Positions 8,285 to 21,315 of a DNA stretch of 32,000 nucleotides are shown here, piece after piece. Each line of letters begins with the position of its first letter. Positions within the stretch are counted from its first letter, which is position 1. Below the pieces are notes generated by a model. That model ran no database searches. It was not told the DNA's origin and was given only the letters and a program-made list of their open reading frames with translations. Location of the stretch: positions 300,001 to 332,000 of the forward strand of contig NZ_CP089976.1 of assembly GCF_022701215.1 (NCBI RefSeq), read 5' to 3'. The position numbers and the translations under genes are program-made. This DNA comes from Moraxella nasovis (GTDB taxonomy: Bacteria; Pseudomonadota; Gammaproteobacteria; Pseudomonadales; Moraxellaceae).

Positions 8285-8350
8285 AAATTTCTCCATTTTA
8301 ACATTAAAGTGGTTTAAATTAAGGCATGATTACTCATTTAAAATAGTAAG

Positions 8351-8920
8351 TTATAGCCTATTAAATAAGTCATCGCTACAGATAACGGTAGCAAATTCTT
8401 TGTGCAAACTTGCCAAAGCAGTCAAATGAATGGTTTGGGCATCGTACTTTTCGCCATGAATGCCAATTTTATCAAAAGTGGCGGTCGCATCTTCTACCAC
8501 ATACGTCTTGAAACCAAAATTACCTGCCATACGAGTGGTGGTAGAAACACAGTGGTCTGTCGTCAAACCCACAATAACCAAAACCTTGATATTTTGAGCA
8601 TTGAGTATCTGTTGTAAGTTTGTACCAATAAAACCGCTGTTCACATTTTTGGTAATAATAAGTTCATCTTTGATTGGCTTGGTTAGTTCCATAAACTCAA
8701 AACCAGGATTATCAGGGTGTAATGGCGAGTTCATATCAGTACTGGCATGACGAATATGAATAATAGGTAAATTATTTTCACGCCATTTGCTCAAAAGCTG
8801 ATAACAGACTGTTTCTGCATTATGATTGTTTCTGTTACCGCCCCAATGATTGCTTTGGTTAAAGCCTTGTTGTAAATCAATCAATAATAAAGCAGGGTTA
8901 TTTTTTAGAAAATTGGTCAT
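8351..8920 (-). CDS. Isochorismatase-family cysteine hydrolase
   Basis: 189 aa. ALLLIDLQQGF near the N-terminus and VIVGLTTDHCVSTTTR carrying the catalytic Cys. Confidence 0.85.
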   Translation of the reverse strand: MTNFLKNNPALLLIDLQQGFNQSNHWGGNRNNHNAETVCYQLLSKWRENNLPIIHIRHASTDMNSPLHPDNPGFEFMELTKPIKDELIITKNVNSGFIGTNLQQILNAQNIKVLVIVGLTTDHCVSTTTRMAGNFGFKTYVVEDATATFDKIGIHGEKYDAQTIHLTALASLHKEFATVICSDDLFNRL

Positions 8921-9447
8921 GGTGTATTTGCCATATCATCTATTAGATTGTTATTGTGTGGCGTTTTGGTTAGTAATACCACCGCATGAGCTTGCACACC
9001 TTCGCCACGTCCCAAATGCCCCATTTTTTCGTTGGTGGTAGCCTTAATACTAATGTTATCTTTGTTGGTTTGTAAATCTGTGGCAATGATGGCACGCATG
9101 GCATCACGATGGGGTAAAATCTTGGGAGCTTCACAAATGATACTAATGTCTGCATTGCCAAGAATATAGCCTTTTGAGAGTATCAATTCATAGGCGTGGC
9201 GTAGTATCACACGACTGTCCAAGTCTTTATTATCCGCCGATGTATCTGGAAAATGCTGTCCAATGTCGCCAAGTGTCAACGCCCCTAAAAGTGCGTCCGC
9301 CAAAGCGTGTAGCACCACATCACCATCAGAGTGAGCCAAAATGCTTTTGTTGTGGGGGATTTTAACCCCACCAAATACCACAAATTGCCCCTCTTTTTGC
9401 TCATCTACAAAGGCGTGAACGTCAATACCGTGTCCGATTTTTATCAT
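8917..9447 (-). CDS. ispF: 2-C-methyl-D-erythritol 2,4-cyclodiphosphate synthase
   Basis: MIKIGHGIDVHAF, HSDGDVVLHALADALLGA and the GQHFPDTS motif. I prefer the start at 9447 over 9474. Its stop overlaps the downstream start by 4 bp (ATGA). Confidence 0.93.
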   Translation of the reverse strand: MIKIGHGIDVHAFVDEQKEGQFVVFGGVKIPHNKSILAHSDGDVVLHALADALLGALTLGDIGQHFPDTSADNKDLDSRVILRHAYELILSKGYILGNADISIICEAPKILPHRDAMRAIIATDLQTNKDNISIKATTNEKMGHLGRGEGVQAHAVVLLTKTPHNNNLIDDMANTP

Positions 9448-9596
9448 AATTGTTCTTTTTGTGGTAAAATTCAAGGGTTAGTTTATCGTTTATGCTAAGT
9501 TAGATTGCTTGTAATTTTCCAATCCAACCAAGCATTGCCCATTTTACCACATTGCTAAAAAATACGCATTGAAAAATAATTTAAAGAAGTAAGCCC

Positions 9597-10778
9597 ATGA
9601 CACAGACCACTAAAACCACCCCTTTTACCCTAGATGACATCCCAAACCCTACCCAAACCAAAGTTATCGTTGGCATGAGTGGCGGTGTAGATAGCTCAGT
9701 GTCTGCTTTGTTATTAAAACAAGCAGGCTTTATGGTAGAAGGTTTGTTTATGAAAAACTGGGAAGAAGATGACGGCACAGAATACTGCACCGCTATGACA
9801 GATTTGGCGGATGCACAGGCGGTGTGCGACAAAATTGGCATACCGCTGCACACCGCTAACTTTGCAAGCGAATACTGGGATAATGTGTTTGAGCATTTTT
9901 TGGCAGAATATCAGGCATATCGCACGCCCAATCCTGATATTTTGTGCAACAAAGAGATTAAATTTAAGGCGTTTTTAGACTATGCCACCAACCCCAAATT
10001 TGGCTTGGGTGCAGATTTTATTGCCACAGGGCATTATGCCAATCGCTCGCATATCTTTAAAATCTCAGGCAAAACTTATGCCAACCTACTGCGTGGCGTA
10101 GATACGAACAAAGACCAAAGTTATTTTTTACACGCTGTTGGTGGGGATAAACTTGCCAAAACACTGTTTCCCATTGGGCAATTACAAAAACCAATGGTAC
10201 GACAAATTGCCGAAGAGTATGGGCTTGCCACCGCCAATAAAAAAGACTCAACAGGCATTTGTTTTATTGGCGAGAGACGATTTAAAGACTTTTTACAAAC
10301 CTACCTGCCTGCCAAACAAGGCGATATTTATAGCGATGACGGTCAAAAACTTGGTACTCATGATGGGCTGATGTATTATACCATCGGACAGCGTGGCGGT
10401 ATTGGTGTGGGCGGTGTGGCAAATCGCCCTGATGAGCCGTGGTTTGTGCTACAAAAAGACGTGGCAAACAACCGTTTGATTGTCGGGCAAGGACATGACC
10501 ACCCCTTATTATTAAGCCAAATGCTGACTGCGGTTAAAATGGACTGGGTGGCAGGCGTGCCTGATGGGCTACTTACCACAGGATATACTTGTACTGCCAA
10601 AACTCGCTACCGTCAGCCTGACCAAGCATGTACCGTCTTTGCCACCGATGATGGCATTAAAGCCATTTTTGACAAGCCCCAACGAGCGGTAACCGAAGGG
10701 CAATCGGTGGTGTTTTATGATGGCGAAGTGTGCTTGGGGGGCGGGGTGATTGAAAACGCACATTCACCTACAGCATAA
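9597..10778 (+). CDS. mnmA: tRNA 2-thiouridine(34) synthase MnmA
   Basis: 393 aa. PP-loop [11 protein letters not shown], conserved MKNWEEDD and CNKEIKF motifs. Confidence 0.96.
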   Translation: MTQTTKTTPFTLDDIPNPTQTKVIVGMSGGVDSSVSALLLKQAGFMVEGLFMKNWEEDDGTEYCTAMTDLADAQAVCDKIGIPLHTANFASEYWDNVFEHFLAEYQAYRTPNPDILCNKEIKFKAFLDYATNPKFGLGADFIATGHYANRSHIFKISGKTYANLLRGVDTNKDQSYFLHAVGGDKLAKTLFPIGQLQKPMVRQIAEEYGLATANKKDSTGICFIGERRFKDFLQTYLPAKQGDIYSDDGQKLGTHDGLMYYTIGQRGGIGVGGVANRPDEPWFVLQKDVANNRLIVGQGHDHPLLLSQMLTAVKMDWVAGVPDGLLTTGYTCTAKTRYRQPDQACTVFATDDGIKAIFDKPQRAVTEGQSVVFYDGEVCLGGGVIENAHSPTA

Positions 10779-10811
10779 ACACCCCAAAACCCACAAATTA
10801 TTAGATAAATT

Positions 10812-10820
10812 TGTTATAAT
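10812..10820 (+). promoter_or_regulatory. Extended -10 promoter element (TGTTATAAT) upstream of purB
   Basis: TG at 10812-10813 and TATAAT at 10815-10820. An AAGGAA SD lies at about 10849 and the ATG at 10860. No good -35 was found. Confidence 0.4.
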
Positions 10821-10850
10821 AACCAACACTCATCAATCTGTTAAACTTAA

Positions 10851-12251
<1,401 letters not shown>

Positions 12252-12262
12252 ATAAACAAACT

Positions 12263-12290
12263 AAAAAGCACTCTAAATTGAGTGCTTTTT
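12263..12290. terminator. Bidirectional rho-independent terminator between convergent purB and thiI
   Basis: Perfect 11-bp stem, AAAAAGCACTC (12263-12273) with GAGTGCTTTTT (12280-12290). A/T runs flank both sides. Confidence 0.85.
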
Positions 12291-12305
12291 ATTATAGTTA
12301 TCACA

Positions 12306-13760
12306 TTATAGCTTTAAAACACCGACATTATTAAAGCCTTTATCAGTCAAATAAACAGCTTGCAAGCCGCTCATCACACCCTTTTTGCAATACAGCAAAT
12401 AGTTGCTATTTTGATCAAGCTCACCAAATTTACTGCCAAGCTGGTAAAATGGCATGGCTACAACCTGCACATTCGGTAAAACTAGCGGATCATCATCTAT
12501 CTCATCTGGCGATCGAATATCGATAATCACCGTATTTTCAGATAAGTGATGCACATGCTCTTGTTTTGCTACCTTTATCTCACCATTTATCTTATTTTTG
12601 ACGTCAGTGATGTCCATTGTTACTGCATTTTTTATAGCCATCTGCAATACATCAAAGTCAAAATTAGCTTCGGTGGCCAAAAGTTTATGTTCCACTGCTT
12701 TTACGGTTGGTGACTTTGAGATAACACCACAAAACTCAGGCATGGATTTGGCAATATCAGCCGTGCCTATATTTTCAGCAATCTCGATGATTTTTTGTTT
12801 ATCGTGCGTGATAAGCGGACGTAAAATTAAAGTATCAGCAACCTTATCAATCATATGCAAATTTGTCAGTGTTTGGCTAGCCACCTGCCCTAGTGCCTCG
12901 CCTGTCACTAAAGCTTCAATGCGGTAATTTTTGGCAATCTGACTTGCCACACGCATCATCATACGCTTTAACACAACGCCCATCTGCCCATCGTCAATCT
13001 TTGTTAAAATTTCAGCGACCACAGGCTCAAAATCTACTGTCGTAAAGCGAACTTTATGCGATGAGCTGTACTTTTTCCATAGCTCGTACGCCATCTGTTT
13101 AGTACCGATTTCGTGGGTCTTACCACCCATATTAAAGAATAAATAATGCACACGGCTACCACGACGAATAAACTCAAAACTTGCCACGCCACTATCAAAA
13201 CCGCCAGATATCAGCGATAACACATCTTCTTGGGTACTCATAGGAAAGCCACCAAGCCCATCAAAACGTGCCTTGACGAACAGTAACTTATCGCCCTCAA
13301 TCTCAAGCTTAACAGTTATCTGTGGATCTTTAAGCTTAACCTTAGCACTGGCAACCGCTTGATTTAGCCCGCCACCAACGTACTGCATGGCATCAAGTGA
13401 GCTAAAACCGTGCTTACCACGACGCTTAACACGCACACAAAAAGTCTTATCAGCGATGGCATCTGCATACCGTTCAATCGTTTTTTCGCAGATGTCATGC
13501 AAATCATTAAATGGCACTTCTTCAACTTCTAAAAAATGATGAATGCCTGAAATGCACATTAACGCATTTAAGATAAAATCTTTCTTTTTTTCATCTTTAT
13601 TACGCACTTCAATATAGTCCCAATGCTGCATAACCGTAACCGTATCATCGCCTTCTTTGAGCGTTTTACGGATATTACCCGATAATACAGTTATAAAGCG
13701 TTTACGAACGCTTTGACTTTTCATCATAATCTCAGGATGAACTTTAATAATTAATTTCAT
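12306..13760 (-). CDS. thiI: tRNA 4-thiouridine(8) synthase ThiI with C-terminal rhodanese domain
   Basis: 484 aa. THUMP-like N-terminus, PP-loop SGGFDSGVA, and C-terminal [11 protein letters not shown] carrying the rhodanese Cys. Confidence 0.95.
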   Translation of the reverse strand: MKLIIKVHPEIMMKSQSVRKRFITVLSGNIRKTLKEGDDTVTVMQHWDYIEVRNKDEKKKDFILNALMCISGIHHFLEVEEVPFNDLHDICEKTIERYADAIADKTFCVRVKRRGKHGFSSLDAMQYVGGGLNQAVASAKVKLKDPQITVKLEIEGDKLLFVKARFDGLGGFPMSTQEDVLSLISGGFDSGVASFEFIRRGSRVHYLFFNMGGKTHEIGTKQMAYELWKKYSSSHKVRFTTVDFEPVVAEILTKIDDGQMGVVLKRMMMRVASQIAKNYRIEALVTGEALGQVASQTLTNLHMIDKVADTLILRPLITHDKQKIIEIAENIGTADIAKSMPEFCGVISKSPTVKAVEHKLLATEANFDFDVLQMAIKNAVTMDITDVKNKINGEIKVAKQEHVHHLSENTVIIDIRSPDEIDDDPLVLPNVQVVAMPFYQLGSKFGELDQNSNYLLYCKKGVMSGLQAVYLTDKGFNNVGVLKL

Positions 13761-13866
13761 AAAATACGTCTAACCACTTAGCTACTAAAAACATAAAACG
13801 CACACCGCACGCTTTATTTTATAAGTTTAAATCTACAAATTAAAAAGATATGTCAAATTTATTTAA

Positions 13867-14346
13867 TTAAAACAAAAACTTAGCACAACAAGCCTTAAAC
13901 TTCTCGCCACTGCCACACAAACAAGGCTGCTTATTCGTCAGATGAATGGGTAAAGTTGGATCAAGAAAATACCACCTATCTTGCACCCACACAAAGGCAG
14001 AAAGCTCATCATGACACCCTACCTTACCCATGCCATTATCAAAATACGCACAAAAATGCACCGTGGCATGACGCTTACCAATCTTGGGAAAGTGGTTTTT
14101 GATTTGTAAATGCGTCCAATGCATTTCATCAGCCCACGCCTGCAATGCCGCTTTATCAAGCTGTTCTTGCTGAGTAGGTAGTGTGGTATCAATAATATAA
14201 TCAATATTCTTTAGTACAAACGCACTAAACCGTGAACGCATCAGCTTGTTAGCAGTAGGTGCGATGCCACCTATATGAAACGGACGACAACAATCGTCAT
14301 AAGCGGTAGCACCGCCATCACCTCCACAAGGGCATACTAACGACAT
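13867..14346 (-). CDS. ychJ: YchJ family protein (UPF0225, SEC-C motifs)
   Basis: 159 aa. N-terminal CPCGG and C-terminal [17 protein letters not shown] metal-binding motifs. [10 protein letters not shown] matches E. coli YchJ. Confidence 0.88.
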   Translation of the reverse strand: MSLVCPCGGDGGATAYDDCCRPFHIGGIAPTANKLMRSRFSAFVLKNIDYIIDTTLPTQQEQLDKAALQAWADEMHWTHLQIKNHFPKIGKRHATVHFCAYFDNGMGKVGCHDELSAFVWVQDRWYFLDPTLPIHLTNKQPCLCGSGEKFKACCAKFLF

Positions 14347-16544
14347 ATCTTATCCAATAAAACCGCTTGGGCGTTATGGATTGGCTTATCATTATGCAAC
14401 ACTTGATTCCATTCACCACGCCCATCAAGCTCCCACGCCTGCACATTATCTTGTAGATAGTTCATCAAGCCATCTTGGTAAATCTGACAAAACAGCTTTT
14501 TATCTACAATCGGAAATGCTACTTCCACACGGTGCAATAGATTGCGATCCATCATATCGGCACTAGCACAATACAGCTTTTCATCGCCATCATTGGCAAA
14601 ATAATACACCCGAGTATGCTCTAAGAATCTTCCAACGATACTGCGAACTCTGATATTTTCAGAAAGCCCTGCCACTTGTGGACGCAGACAACAGATAGAG
14701 CGAACAATCAAATCAATCTGCACACCTGCCTGACTGGCTTCATAAAGCTTCTCAATGATTTGACGCTCAGTGATGGCATTGCATTTTAGGATAATTTTAC
14801 CCAGCTTACCATTTTTGACATGGTTAATCTCATTATCAATCATGGCAAGTAGACCATCATGCAAAGTAAATGGTGCGTGATAAATCTGATGTGATGGCAT
14901 TGGGCGACCCATGCCTGTCAGCTGTACAAACACACCATGTACATCTTCACAAATCTCTTCGTTAGCAGTAAACAGCCCATAATCGGTATAAGCCTTGGCA
15001 TTGCCAGCATGATAATTACCCGTGCCTAGATGAGTGTAACGGCGAATTTTGCCATTTTCTCGGCGAACAATCAGCATAAGCTTAGCGTGTGTCTTATAGC
15101 CGACGACACCATAGACGACAACAGCCCCCGCTTCGGTCAGCATATTTGCCACAGCAATGTTACTTGCTTCATCAAATCTGGCACGAAGCTCAATCACCGC
15201 AGTAACTTCTTTGCCGTTTCTTGCTGCTGCTGCAAGTGCTTGAACAATCTCAGAATTCGTGCCAGAGCGGTAAATTGTCTGCTTAATAGCAAGTACATTT
15301 GGGTCGTTTGCTGCTTGCCACAAAAGATTGACAACAGGGGTAAACGCATGAAACGGATGATGGACAAGCACGTCTTTTTTAGCGATGACATTAAACATGC
15401 AAGTACTATCATTTGGGTGTCTGACGCTCTCCATACCACGAAACGCTTTAACGATGGCTGGGGTAAACGGCTTAAATTTAAGCTCAGGACGGTCAAAATT
15501 AGTTAGCATTCGTGTTAGATTAACTGGACCATTTACACGATATAGCTGACTTTCATCCAATTTAAACTGATTTAATAAAAATTCATAAGTCGGTCTTGGG
15601 CAGTTGGTGGTTACCTCAAGCCTTACTTTATGACCAAAGCGGCGATTATCAAGCTCACCTTCTAATGCCTTAGCGATATCATCGACATCTTCTGCTAAGG
15701 CAAGATCAGCATTGCGTGTTAAGCGAAACTGATGGCAGCCTGTTACTTTCATCCCCAAAAACAGTGCGTCTACATGCTCATGAATGACAGCTGAGAGCAT
15801 GACATGATGCTCTTTTCCGCCTGTCAGTTCATCAGGTAAGCGAATCACTCTAGGTAGTGAACGGGGAGCAGGTACGATGGCAAGGTTAATATCACGCCCA
15901 AATGCATCTTTACCCTCTAGACTAACAATAAAGTTTAGCGACTTATTCACAAGCCTTGGGAATGGGTGAGCAGGGTCAATACTGATGGGCGTTAACACAG
16001 GCAGTACCTGACTAAAAAAATACTCACGCATCCAGTCTTTTTGGGCAGGTGTCAGCTCATGACGCTTTAGGTAGCGAATGTCATGACGTGCCAGCTCTGG
16101 CAAGATACTGTCATTTAAGATACGGTATTGCTCATCAACAGCACGATGTGCGATTTGGCTGATTTCTGCCAACAATTCAGATGGCTTACGGCCATCTAGA
16201 CTACTTGACTTATCGCCATTTTTTTGTTTTTGGAGTAAGCCTGCCACGCGAATCTCAAAAAACTCATCCATGTTTGACGAGAAAATCGTCAAAAAGAACA
16301 TTCGCTCAAGCAAAGGAAAGCTAGCATTATTTGCCTGTACTAATACTCGAAGCTGAAATCTAAGCGTTGATAAATCACGATTGATGAAGCATTCAGGCGT
16401 AAAATTGCCCTTTTCATCTAAGACATCACCACGCAGCTGATACAGCTCTGTCGGTGGCGGCGTCTGCCCAAGAACGCTCTCAACTGCCTGTTGCTCAATG
16501 CTTGTGATGGCTTGGCTTATTTGGTTTTGATTTGTAGTCATCAT
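14337..16544 (-). CDS. ppk: Polyphosphate kinase 1
   Basis: Conserved along the full length, including [16 protein letters not shown] and [11 protein letters not shown] (autophosphorylated His region). The ATG at 16544 is preceded by AAGGAAAGG. The ORF-track start at 16619 would overlap mtgA. Confidence 0.95.
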   Translation of the reverse strand: MMTTNQNQISQAITSIEQQAVESVLGQTPPPTELYQLRGDVLDEKGNFTPECFINRDLSTLRFQLRVLVQANNASFPLLERMFFLTIFSSNMDEFFEIRVAGLLQKQKNGDKSSSLDGRKPSELLAEISQIAHRAVDEQYRILNDSILPELARHDIRYLKRHELTPAQKDWMREYFFSQVLPVLTPISIDPAHPFPRLVNKSLNFIVSLEGKDAFGRDINLAIVPAPRSLPRVIRLPDELTGGKEHHVMLSAVIHEHVDALFLGMKVTGCHQFRLTRNADLALAEDVDDIAKALEGELDNRRFGHKVRLEVTTNCPRPTYEFLLNQFKLDESQLYRVNGPVNLTRMLTNFDRPELKFKPFTPAIVKAFRGMESVRHPNDSTCMFNVIAKKDVLVHHPFHAFTPVVNLLWQAANDPNVLAIKQTIYRSGTNSEIVQALAAAARNGKEVTAVIELRARFDEASNIAVANMLTEAGAVVVYGVVGYKTHAKLMLIVRRENGKIRRYTHLGTGNYHAGNAKAYTDYGLFTANEEICEDVHGVFVQLTGMGRPMPSHQIYHAPFTLHDGLLAMIDNEINHVKNGKLGKIILKCNAITERQIIEKLYEASQAGVQIDLIVRSICCLRPQVAGLSENIRVRSIVGRFLEHTRVYYFANDGDEKLYCASADMMDRNLLHRVEVAFPIVDKKLFCQIYQDGLMNYLQDNVQAWELDGRGEWNQVLHNDKPIHNAQAVLLDKICR

Positions 16545-16615
16545 AACCTTTCCTTTTATTTGTTTTAAATAGCTATTAATAGTGAGAAAAATCCCACGCT
16601 TGGCACTTTTACATA

Positions 16616-17290
16616 TCAATCTGGTAGTTTGACCAAGCCCATACGTCGCATGACAATTTGCTGCTTTTTACGCAAACCTCTAGCATTGCGATGGCTTTCA
16701 TAATACTTAGGATTTGGTAAAATGCTAAGCAGCCATGCAGCTTGCTCACGGCTGAGATTTTTGGCAGATTTACCATAATAATGCTGTGCAGCAGCCTCTA
16801 TGCCATAGATACCATTTCCAAATTCCACGACATTTAAATACACTTCTAAGATACGACGCTTATCCCACATACTTTCCATCAATACGGTGATAATCGCCTC
16901 TTCGCCCTTACGAATGTAGGAGCGATGCGACGTTAAGAATAAGTTTTTGGCAAGCTGCTGGCTGATGGTTGAGCCGCCTACAGATACTTTGCCCTTTTTC
17001 TCATTCTTTTTAATCGCCTTTTCAATACTGTCAAAGTCAAAACCATCGTGATAGCTAAACTGCCCATCTTCGCTGGCAATCGCTGCTTGCTTGGCAGTTT
17101 TTGCAATACTCTCATAATCCACCCACGTCTGCACCACATCACCGCCTTGTAAACGGTGCGATAGCATAAACATAGAGTTCGTCACAGGTACGACCTTCCA
17201 TAAGCCAAGCATGGCAACCACCCCCATATGGAACACCAAAAACAGTCCCAATAGTGGTAAAATAACCCATCTAAATAGCTTTTTTAGCAT
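16616..17290 (-). CDS. mtgA: Monofunctional biosynthetic peptidoglycan transglycosylase
   Basis: 224 aa. N-terminal TM helix, then the GT51 motifs [29 protein letters not shown] and RKGEE. Confidence 0.93.
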   Translation of the reverse strand: MLKKLFRWVILPLLGLFLVFHMGVVAMLGLWKVVPVTNSMFMLSHRLQGGDVVQTWVDYESIAKTAKQAAIASEDGQFSYHDGFDFDSIEKAIKKNEKKGKVSVGGSTISQQLAKNLFLTSHRSYIRKGEEAIITVLMESMWDKRRILEVYLNVVEFGNGIYGIEAAAQHYYGKSAKNLSREQAAWLLSILPNPKYYESHRNARGLRKKQQIVMRRMGLVKLPD

Positions 17291-17336
17291 AGAACATCCA
17301 TAAGATATGATAAGATAGCTTTGGTCTTATTTTAGC

Positions 17337-17738
17337 ATGCTTAAGTTATTTTCTGTTATGAATCCTAAGAAATTTCACAACCACTTGCACACCCTAAAGC
17401 ACGATCGATTCGGGCTAAGCACACTCTTAGCAGATGAGTTTTATCAGTTTCGACTGCAAATTTTGGCAGAATTTCAAGCCGATCACACTTTAAATGATTG
17501 GTATCTTATCGGCACAGACGGCTGCCATCTGTGTCAGATCGCAAGCGAACTACTCGCCCAAACCGCCACAATTCAAAACTTACCACCTATTCAAACGCTT
17601 GATTTGGTTGATTGTCAAAGCGTACCTATCATCGATAGCTTAGGAGTGCATATTCCGATATTAATCACGCCGACACGCCTTTTATGTTACCCTTTTGGCA
17701 TGATGGATATACTTAGTCTAAGCCAACAAGCCTACTAA
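17337..17738 (+). CDS. Glutaredoxin-like thioredoxin-fold protein (DUF836-like) with N-terminal extension
   Basis: WYLIGTDGCHLCQIA gives a CxxC motif, and the C-terminal VPILI...G pattern fits the glutaredoxin-2/DUF836 family. The first ~50 aa are not explained, so the true start is uncertain. Confidence 0.6.
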   Translation: MLKLFSVMNPKKFHNHLHTLKHDRFGLSTLLADEFYQFRLQILAEFQADHTLNDWYLIGTDGCHLCQIASELLAQTATIQNLPPIQTLDLVDCQSVPIIDSLGVHIPILITPTRLLCYPFGMMDILSLSQQAY

Positions 17739-18486
17739 AATTCTCACTAGTAATGCGTCCAATCTCTTCACGTGATTTGCCAAAAAGCTCTGCCAATACA
17801 TCAGCCACATACGGCACAAATGACGGCTCATTATCACGTCCACGCTTTGGCACAGGGGCAAGATATGGGCTATCAGTCTCAATCAATATTCTATCAAGCG
17901 GTAGTTTTTTGGCGACATCGCGCAGCTCGCCTGATTTATTAAAACTTACAATGCCAGAAAAAGAAATGTATAACCCCATATCCAGTGCAGCTTTAGCAAA
18001 GTCATAGTCTTCAGTAAAGCAGTGGATAATGCCATGTGTGCATTTTTCTGATTTTAAAATATCTAGCGTGTCATGATAAGCGGCTCGAGTGTGAACAATA
18101 ATGGGTTTTTTTACAGCTTGGCTTGCGTGAATGTGCGTGGCAAAACTATGTTGTTGGGCTTGCTTTTTATCGCTATCCCAATAATAATCCAGACCCGTCT
18201 CACCAAATGCCCACACTTTTTCAAAGTTTAGCTTTAGTAGGTCTTCTACTGTGATACTAGATAACATTTGCTCATCTTGACAAGGATGCAACCCAACACT
18301 CATTCCAATATCAAGCGTATCGTCAGATAAATCCACCCATGACTTAATCGCATCATACTCATCAAGCTTACACATGATTGCCATTGCTCGACTGACATTA
18401 GCAGCTTTCATATGGCTTAAAAGTGCGGTGCGATCATTCTCATAGGGCTTTAGGTATGTGAAATGGGCATGGCTATCAGTAAACAT
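17713..18486 (-). CDS. TatD-family metal-dependent hydrolase/DNase
   Basis: 257 aa. N-terminal DSHAH, then GETGLDYY, HTR, HCF and ETDSPYL motifs. Confidence 0.92.
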   Translation of the reverse strand: MFTDSHAHFTYLKPYENDRTALLSHMKAANVSRAMAIMCKLDEYDAIKSWVDLSDDTLDIGMSVGLHPCQDEQMLSSITVEDLLKLNFEKVWAFGETGLDYYWDSDKKQAQQHSFATHIHASQAVKKPIIVHTRAAYHDTLDILKSEKCTHGIIHCFTEDYDFAKAALDMGLYISFSGIVSFNKSGELRDVAKKLPLDRILIETDSPYLAPVPKRGRDNEPSFVPYVADVLAELFGKSREEIGRITSENFSRLVGLD

Positions 18487-18488
18487 GG

Positions 18489-20147
18489 TTATTTTCCTTG
18501 TGTCGTGGTTGGTTCATCTTTTGTGAATGCGTCTAAGACGTCTTTAGTTTGTGCGTCATGTGTAAATGCAATCTCTTGGCTTGGCAAGGCATGCTCCACA
18601 TCGTAATCTTCAACTAAGGTTAAAATTTCTAATAATAAATCAGATTGCTTGCCAAAAAAGTCAACCACATCTTTTGTATCAATGTAGCATCTTAATTCTA
18701 CCACAAAGCAGTCTTGACGCAGCTCACTGACTCGCACCTGCGTCCATTCTTCTATCACCAGATGATGCTCTTTTAAGTAGTGCTGTAAATCTTTCACCAT
18801 GCGTGCCATCTCAGCAGGCTTGGCACTTCTTTTAAGGTATAAATTATGCACAAAATGAAACATATCTCTTGCGGCATAATTTTCAATCTTCATGGAACTA
18901 AATTCACCATTAGGGACGGTTACCACTGTGCGGTTTAGCGTGCGAATCCGTGTTGAGCGAATGCCAATATCAATCACCGTACCTGCCATATCACCAAAGC
19001 TACAATAATCCCCCACGTGTACAGGACGATCTGCCACGATAACAACCGAGCCAATCAAATTTTCAATGGTCTTTTGAGCACCAAAAGCCAATGCCAAACC
19101 ACCCACACCCAGTGCGGCAATCCCCGTTGTCAAATCAAAACCAAGATTACCAAAGATGATGATTATTGCTAAAATCAGCATGACAGCCTTAGCAATCTTT
19201 CTAAGTAGATTTAAAATAGATGCCTGCTCTAATCGGTTACGCTTTACACTCTGATTTTCAGCACGCACAAACACCGCATCAATTAAGCGTAAAACCAGCC
19301 ATGCCATCGCCACCCAAGCAACAACATCTGCCGCTCGCATGACGGTTTGTCTAACTGCTACAGGAATGCTTGCTGCCACCATCAGCTCAGGCAATAAATA
19401 TGCCAAAAGCACAACAGTTAAGGGCAATACCACTTTAGGCGGTATCTTAAATTCTCTGCCACTGACACGTGGGTATAATAATGCAAAAAACCAATACATT
19501 ACCCACACAAATATCCATGTTGCAAATAAACCACCACCAATTAAAATAACAAGCGATGTCAAATCAACCAAATCTTGACCTAATATTGTCTTGCCTTGTG
19601 CAAAATCCAAGCCAAACACTTCAGCCAGCTTTCGGGTTCTCACCGTGTCAGCTTCATTTATCTTTTCTAGTGTCTTTTTGGAAAACTGCCAATAGCTAAT
19701 GCCTTTAGGGTCTTGTTTTTGTGTTAAAAGCAAATCAAACTTCTGCGATGGTAACGTGACTACTCCTACCTTTTCTTTATCGCTTGGTAGTTTATCTGCT
19801 AAGTCTCCTTCGGGTTTATCACTGATTGCCAAGTCAGAATCTAATCTACCGCCTTGATTAAGTGCCGTTTTTAGACTGGCGATGGTTATATATAAATTCT
19901 CATCCGTGATGAAATCATCATCTAAGTACTGACGAATCGTATCAGGATTATCATCGCTTAAAGCCTGCAAAAACCCTTGCATCGTACTGCGTGGCGTGTC
20001 TCGCCCAAACGTGTCTTTTTCAACCACCGCCTCTTCTGCAGCATCACCTGAAGCCAAAGGGTCAGAAATGGCAGCTTGGGCATTTACCACACCAAAGGCC
20101 ATCAGCATGGCTAAAATACAACCAAAAACTCTCATCTTTATCATCAT
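18489..20147 (-). CDS. MscS-family mechanosensitive channel with signal peptide and about 190-aa periplasmic N-terminal domain
   Basis: 552 aa. Cleavable-looking signal (AFGVVNAQA), several TM helices, and the MscS core GAQKTIENLIGSVVIVADRPVHVGDYC...GTVIDIGIRSTRIRT. Confidence 0.88.
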   Translation of the reverse strand: MMIKMRVFGCILAMLMAFGVVNAQAAISDPLASGDAAEEAVVEKDTFGRDTPRSTMQGFLQALSDDNPDTIRQYLDDDFITDENLYITIASLKTALNQGGRLDSDLAISDKPEGDLADKLPSDKEKVGVVTLPSQKFDLLLTQKQDPKGISYWQFSKKTLEKINEADTVRTRKLAEVFGLDFAQGKTILGQDLVDLTSLVILIGGGLFATWIFVWVMYWFFALLYPRVSGREFKIPPKVVLPLTVVLLAYLLPELMVAASIPVAVRQTVMRAADVVAWVAMAWLVLRLIDAVFVRAENQSVKRNRLEQASILNLLRKIAKAVMLILAIIIIFGNLGFDLTTGIAALGVGGLALAFGAQKTIENLIGSVVIVADRPVHVGDYCSFGDMAGTVIDIGIRSTRIRTLNRTVVTVPNGEFSSMKIENYAARDMFHFVHNLYLKRSAKPAEMARMVKDLQHYLKEHHLVIEEWTQVRVSELRQDCFVVELRCYIDTKDVVDFFGKQSDLLLEILTLVEDYDVEHALPSQEIAFTHDAQTKDVLDAFTKDEPTTTQGK

Positions 20148-20360
20148 ATTAACTTTAATTATATTAGCTTTATTTTTTTAAACTCTCAATGCTATCAATC
20201 TTAGTTCATAAAAACAAGCATTTAGCACTATTGTTTTACAAAATCCATTCATCATAATAAAATTGCTTAACTTGCGTTACAAGCGTGACAGCAATCTCTT
20301 TAAAATTTCATCGATTTCACTTATAATGACCGCTCATCACCCTAATAAGAGCTTAAGTTT

Positions 20361-21305
20361 ATGGACTCATTAAACCACATTCAGCAGATTGAAAATTTAC
20401 TAAATACCCTAAAAACAGACCTAGCCAAACAAGCCACTGAAAAACGTGCCACACCTAACGACAAAACGCCTTTTTCTTTTGAGTTTTTCCCAGTTAAGAC
20501 AGACGAAGGTCAAGTTAAGCTTATGCAGACCTTTGATGAGCTAAATGCCCTAAACCCAAAATATTTCTCAGTCACTTATGGTGCAGGTGGTAGCACTCGT
20601 GAACGCACGCTTGGCATTGTTAAGGCATTGACCGAAAAATCAACCACCAGCATTGCACCCCACCTATCATGTATCGGCGATGGTAAAGCCGAAATTGGCG
20701 AACTGTTAGATTATTATAAATCGCTTGGTATTAATCGCATTGTCGCCTTGCGTGGTGATTTACCATCAGGACAAGTGGGCTATGGTGAACTGCCCTTTGC
20801 TCTTGATTTGGTAAAGTTCATTCGCACACACAGCGGCGATCATTTTAAAATTAAAGTTGCTGCTTATCCTGAGATGCACCCACAAGCCAAAAACTTCTCC
20901 CATGATATCGATGTACTAACCAATAAATATCATGCAGGTGCTAGCGAAGCAATTACCCAATTTTTTTATAACGTAGACAGCTATTTGTATTTACGAGATG
21001 AGTTAGCTAAGCGTGGTGTACACCAAGATAAATTCCCTATCATCGCAGGTATTATGCCGATCACCAAGGCAAGCAATCTTATTCGTTTTGCTGACAGCTC
21101 TGGGGCGGACATTCCACGCTATATCCGTAAGCAGCTTGCAGAGTTTGGAGATGACACTAAGTCTATTCGTGCATTTGGCTTTGATGTGGTGCTAAATTTA
21201 TGCGAAAAACTGATTAAAGAAGGCGTGCCTGCCTTGCATTTTTATAGCATGAATAGTGTCAAGCCGAATAAGGAATTAGTTCAGGCTTTAGGTCTAACCG
21301 ACTAA
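20361..21305 (+). CDS. metF: Methylenetetrahydrofolate reductase
   Basis: 314 aa. FSFEFFPVKT, SVTYGAGGSTR and ALRGD motifs. Confidence 0.94.
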   Translation: MDSLNHIQQIENLLNTLKTDLAKQATEKRATPNDKTPFSFEFFPVKTDEGQVKLMQTFDELNALNPKYFSVTYGAGGSTRERTLGIVKALTEKSTTSIAPHLSCIGDGKAEIGELLDYYKSLGINRIVALRGDLPSGQVGYGELPFALDLVKFIRTHSGDHFKIKVAAYPEMHPQAKNFSHDIDVLTNKYHAGASEAITQFFYNVDSYLYLRDELAKRGVHQDKFPIIAGIMPITKASNLIRFADSSGADIPRYIRKQLAEFGDDTKSIRAFGFDVVLNLCEKLIKEGVPALHFYSMNSVKPNKELVQALGLTD

Positions 21306-21315
21306 AGAGCGTATC

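Noticed and set aside
20148-20360. Possible riboswitch or MetJ-type operator upstream of metF, and likewise leaders upstream of thiI and purB
   Set aside because: I could not recognise any conserved riboswitch core (SAM, SAH, TPP, purine) or repeated met-box motif by eye. There is only a plausible TATAAT at about 20324. A covariance-model scan would be needed to say more.
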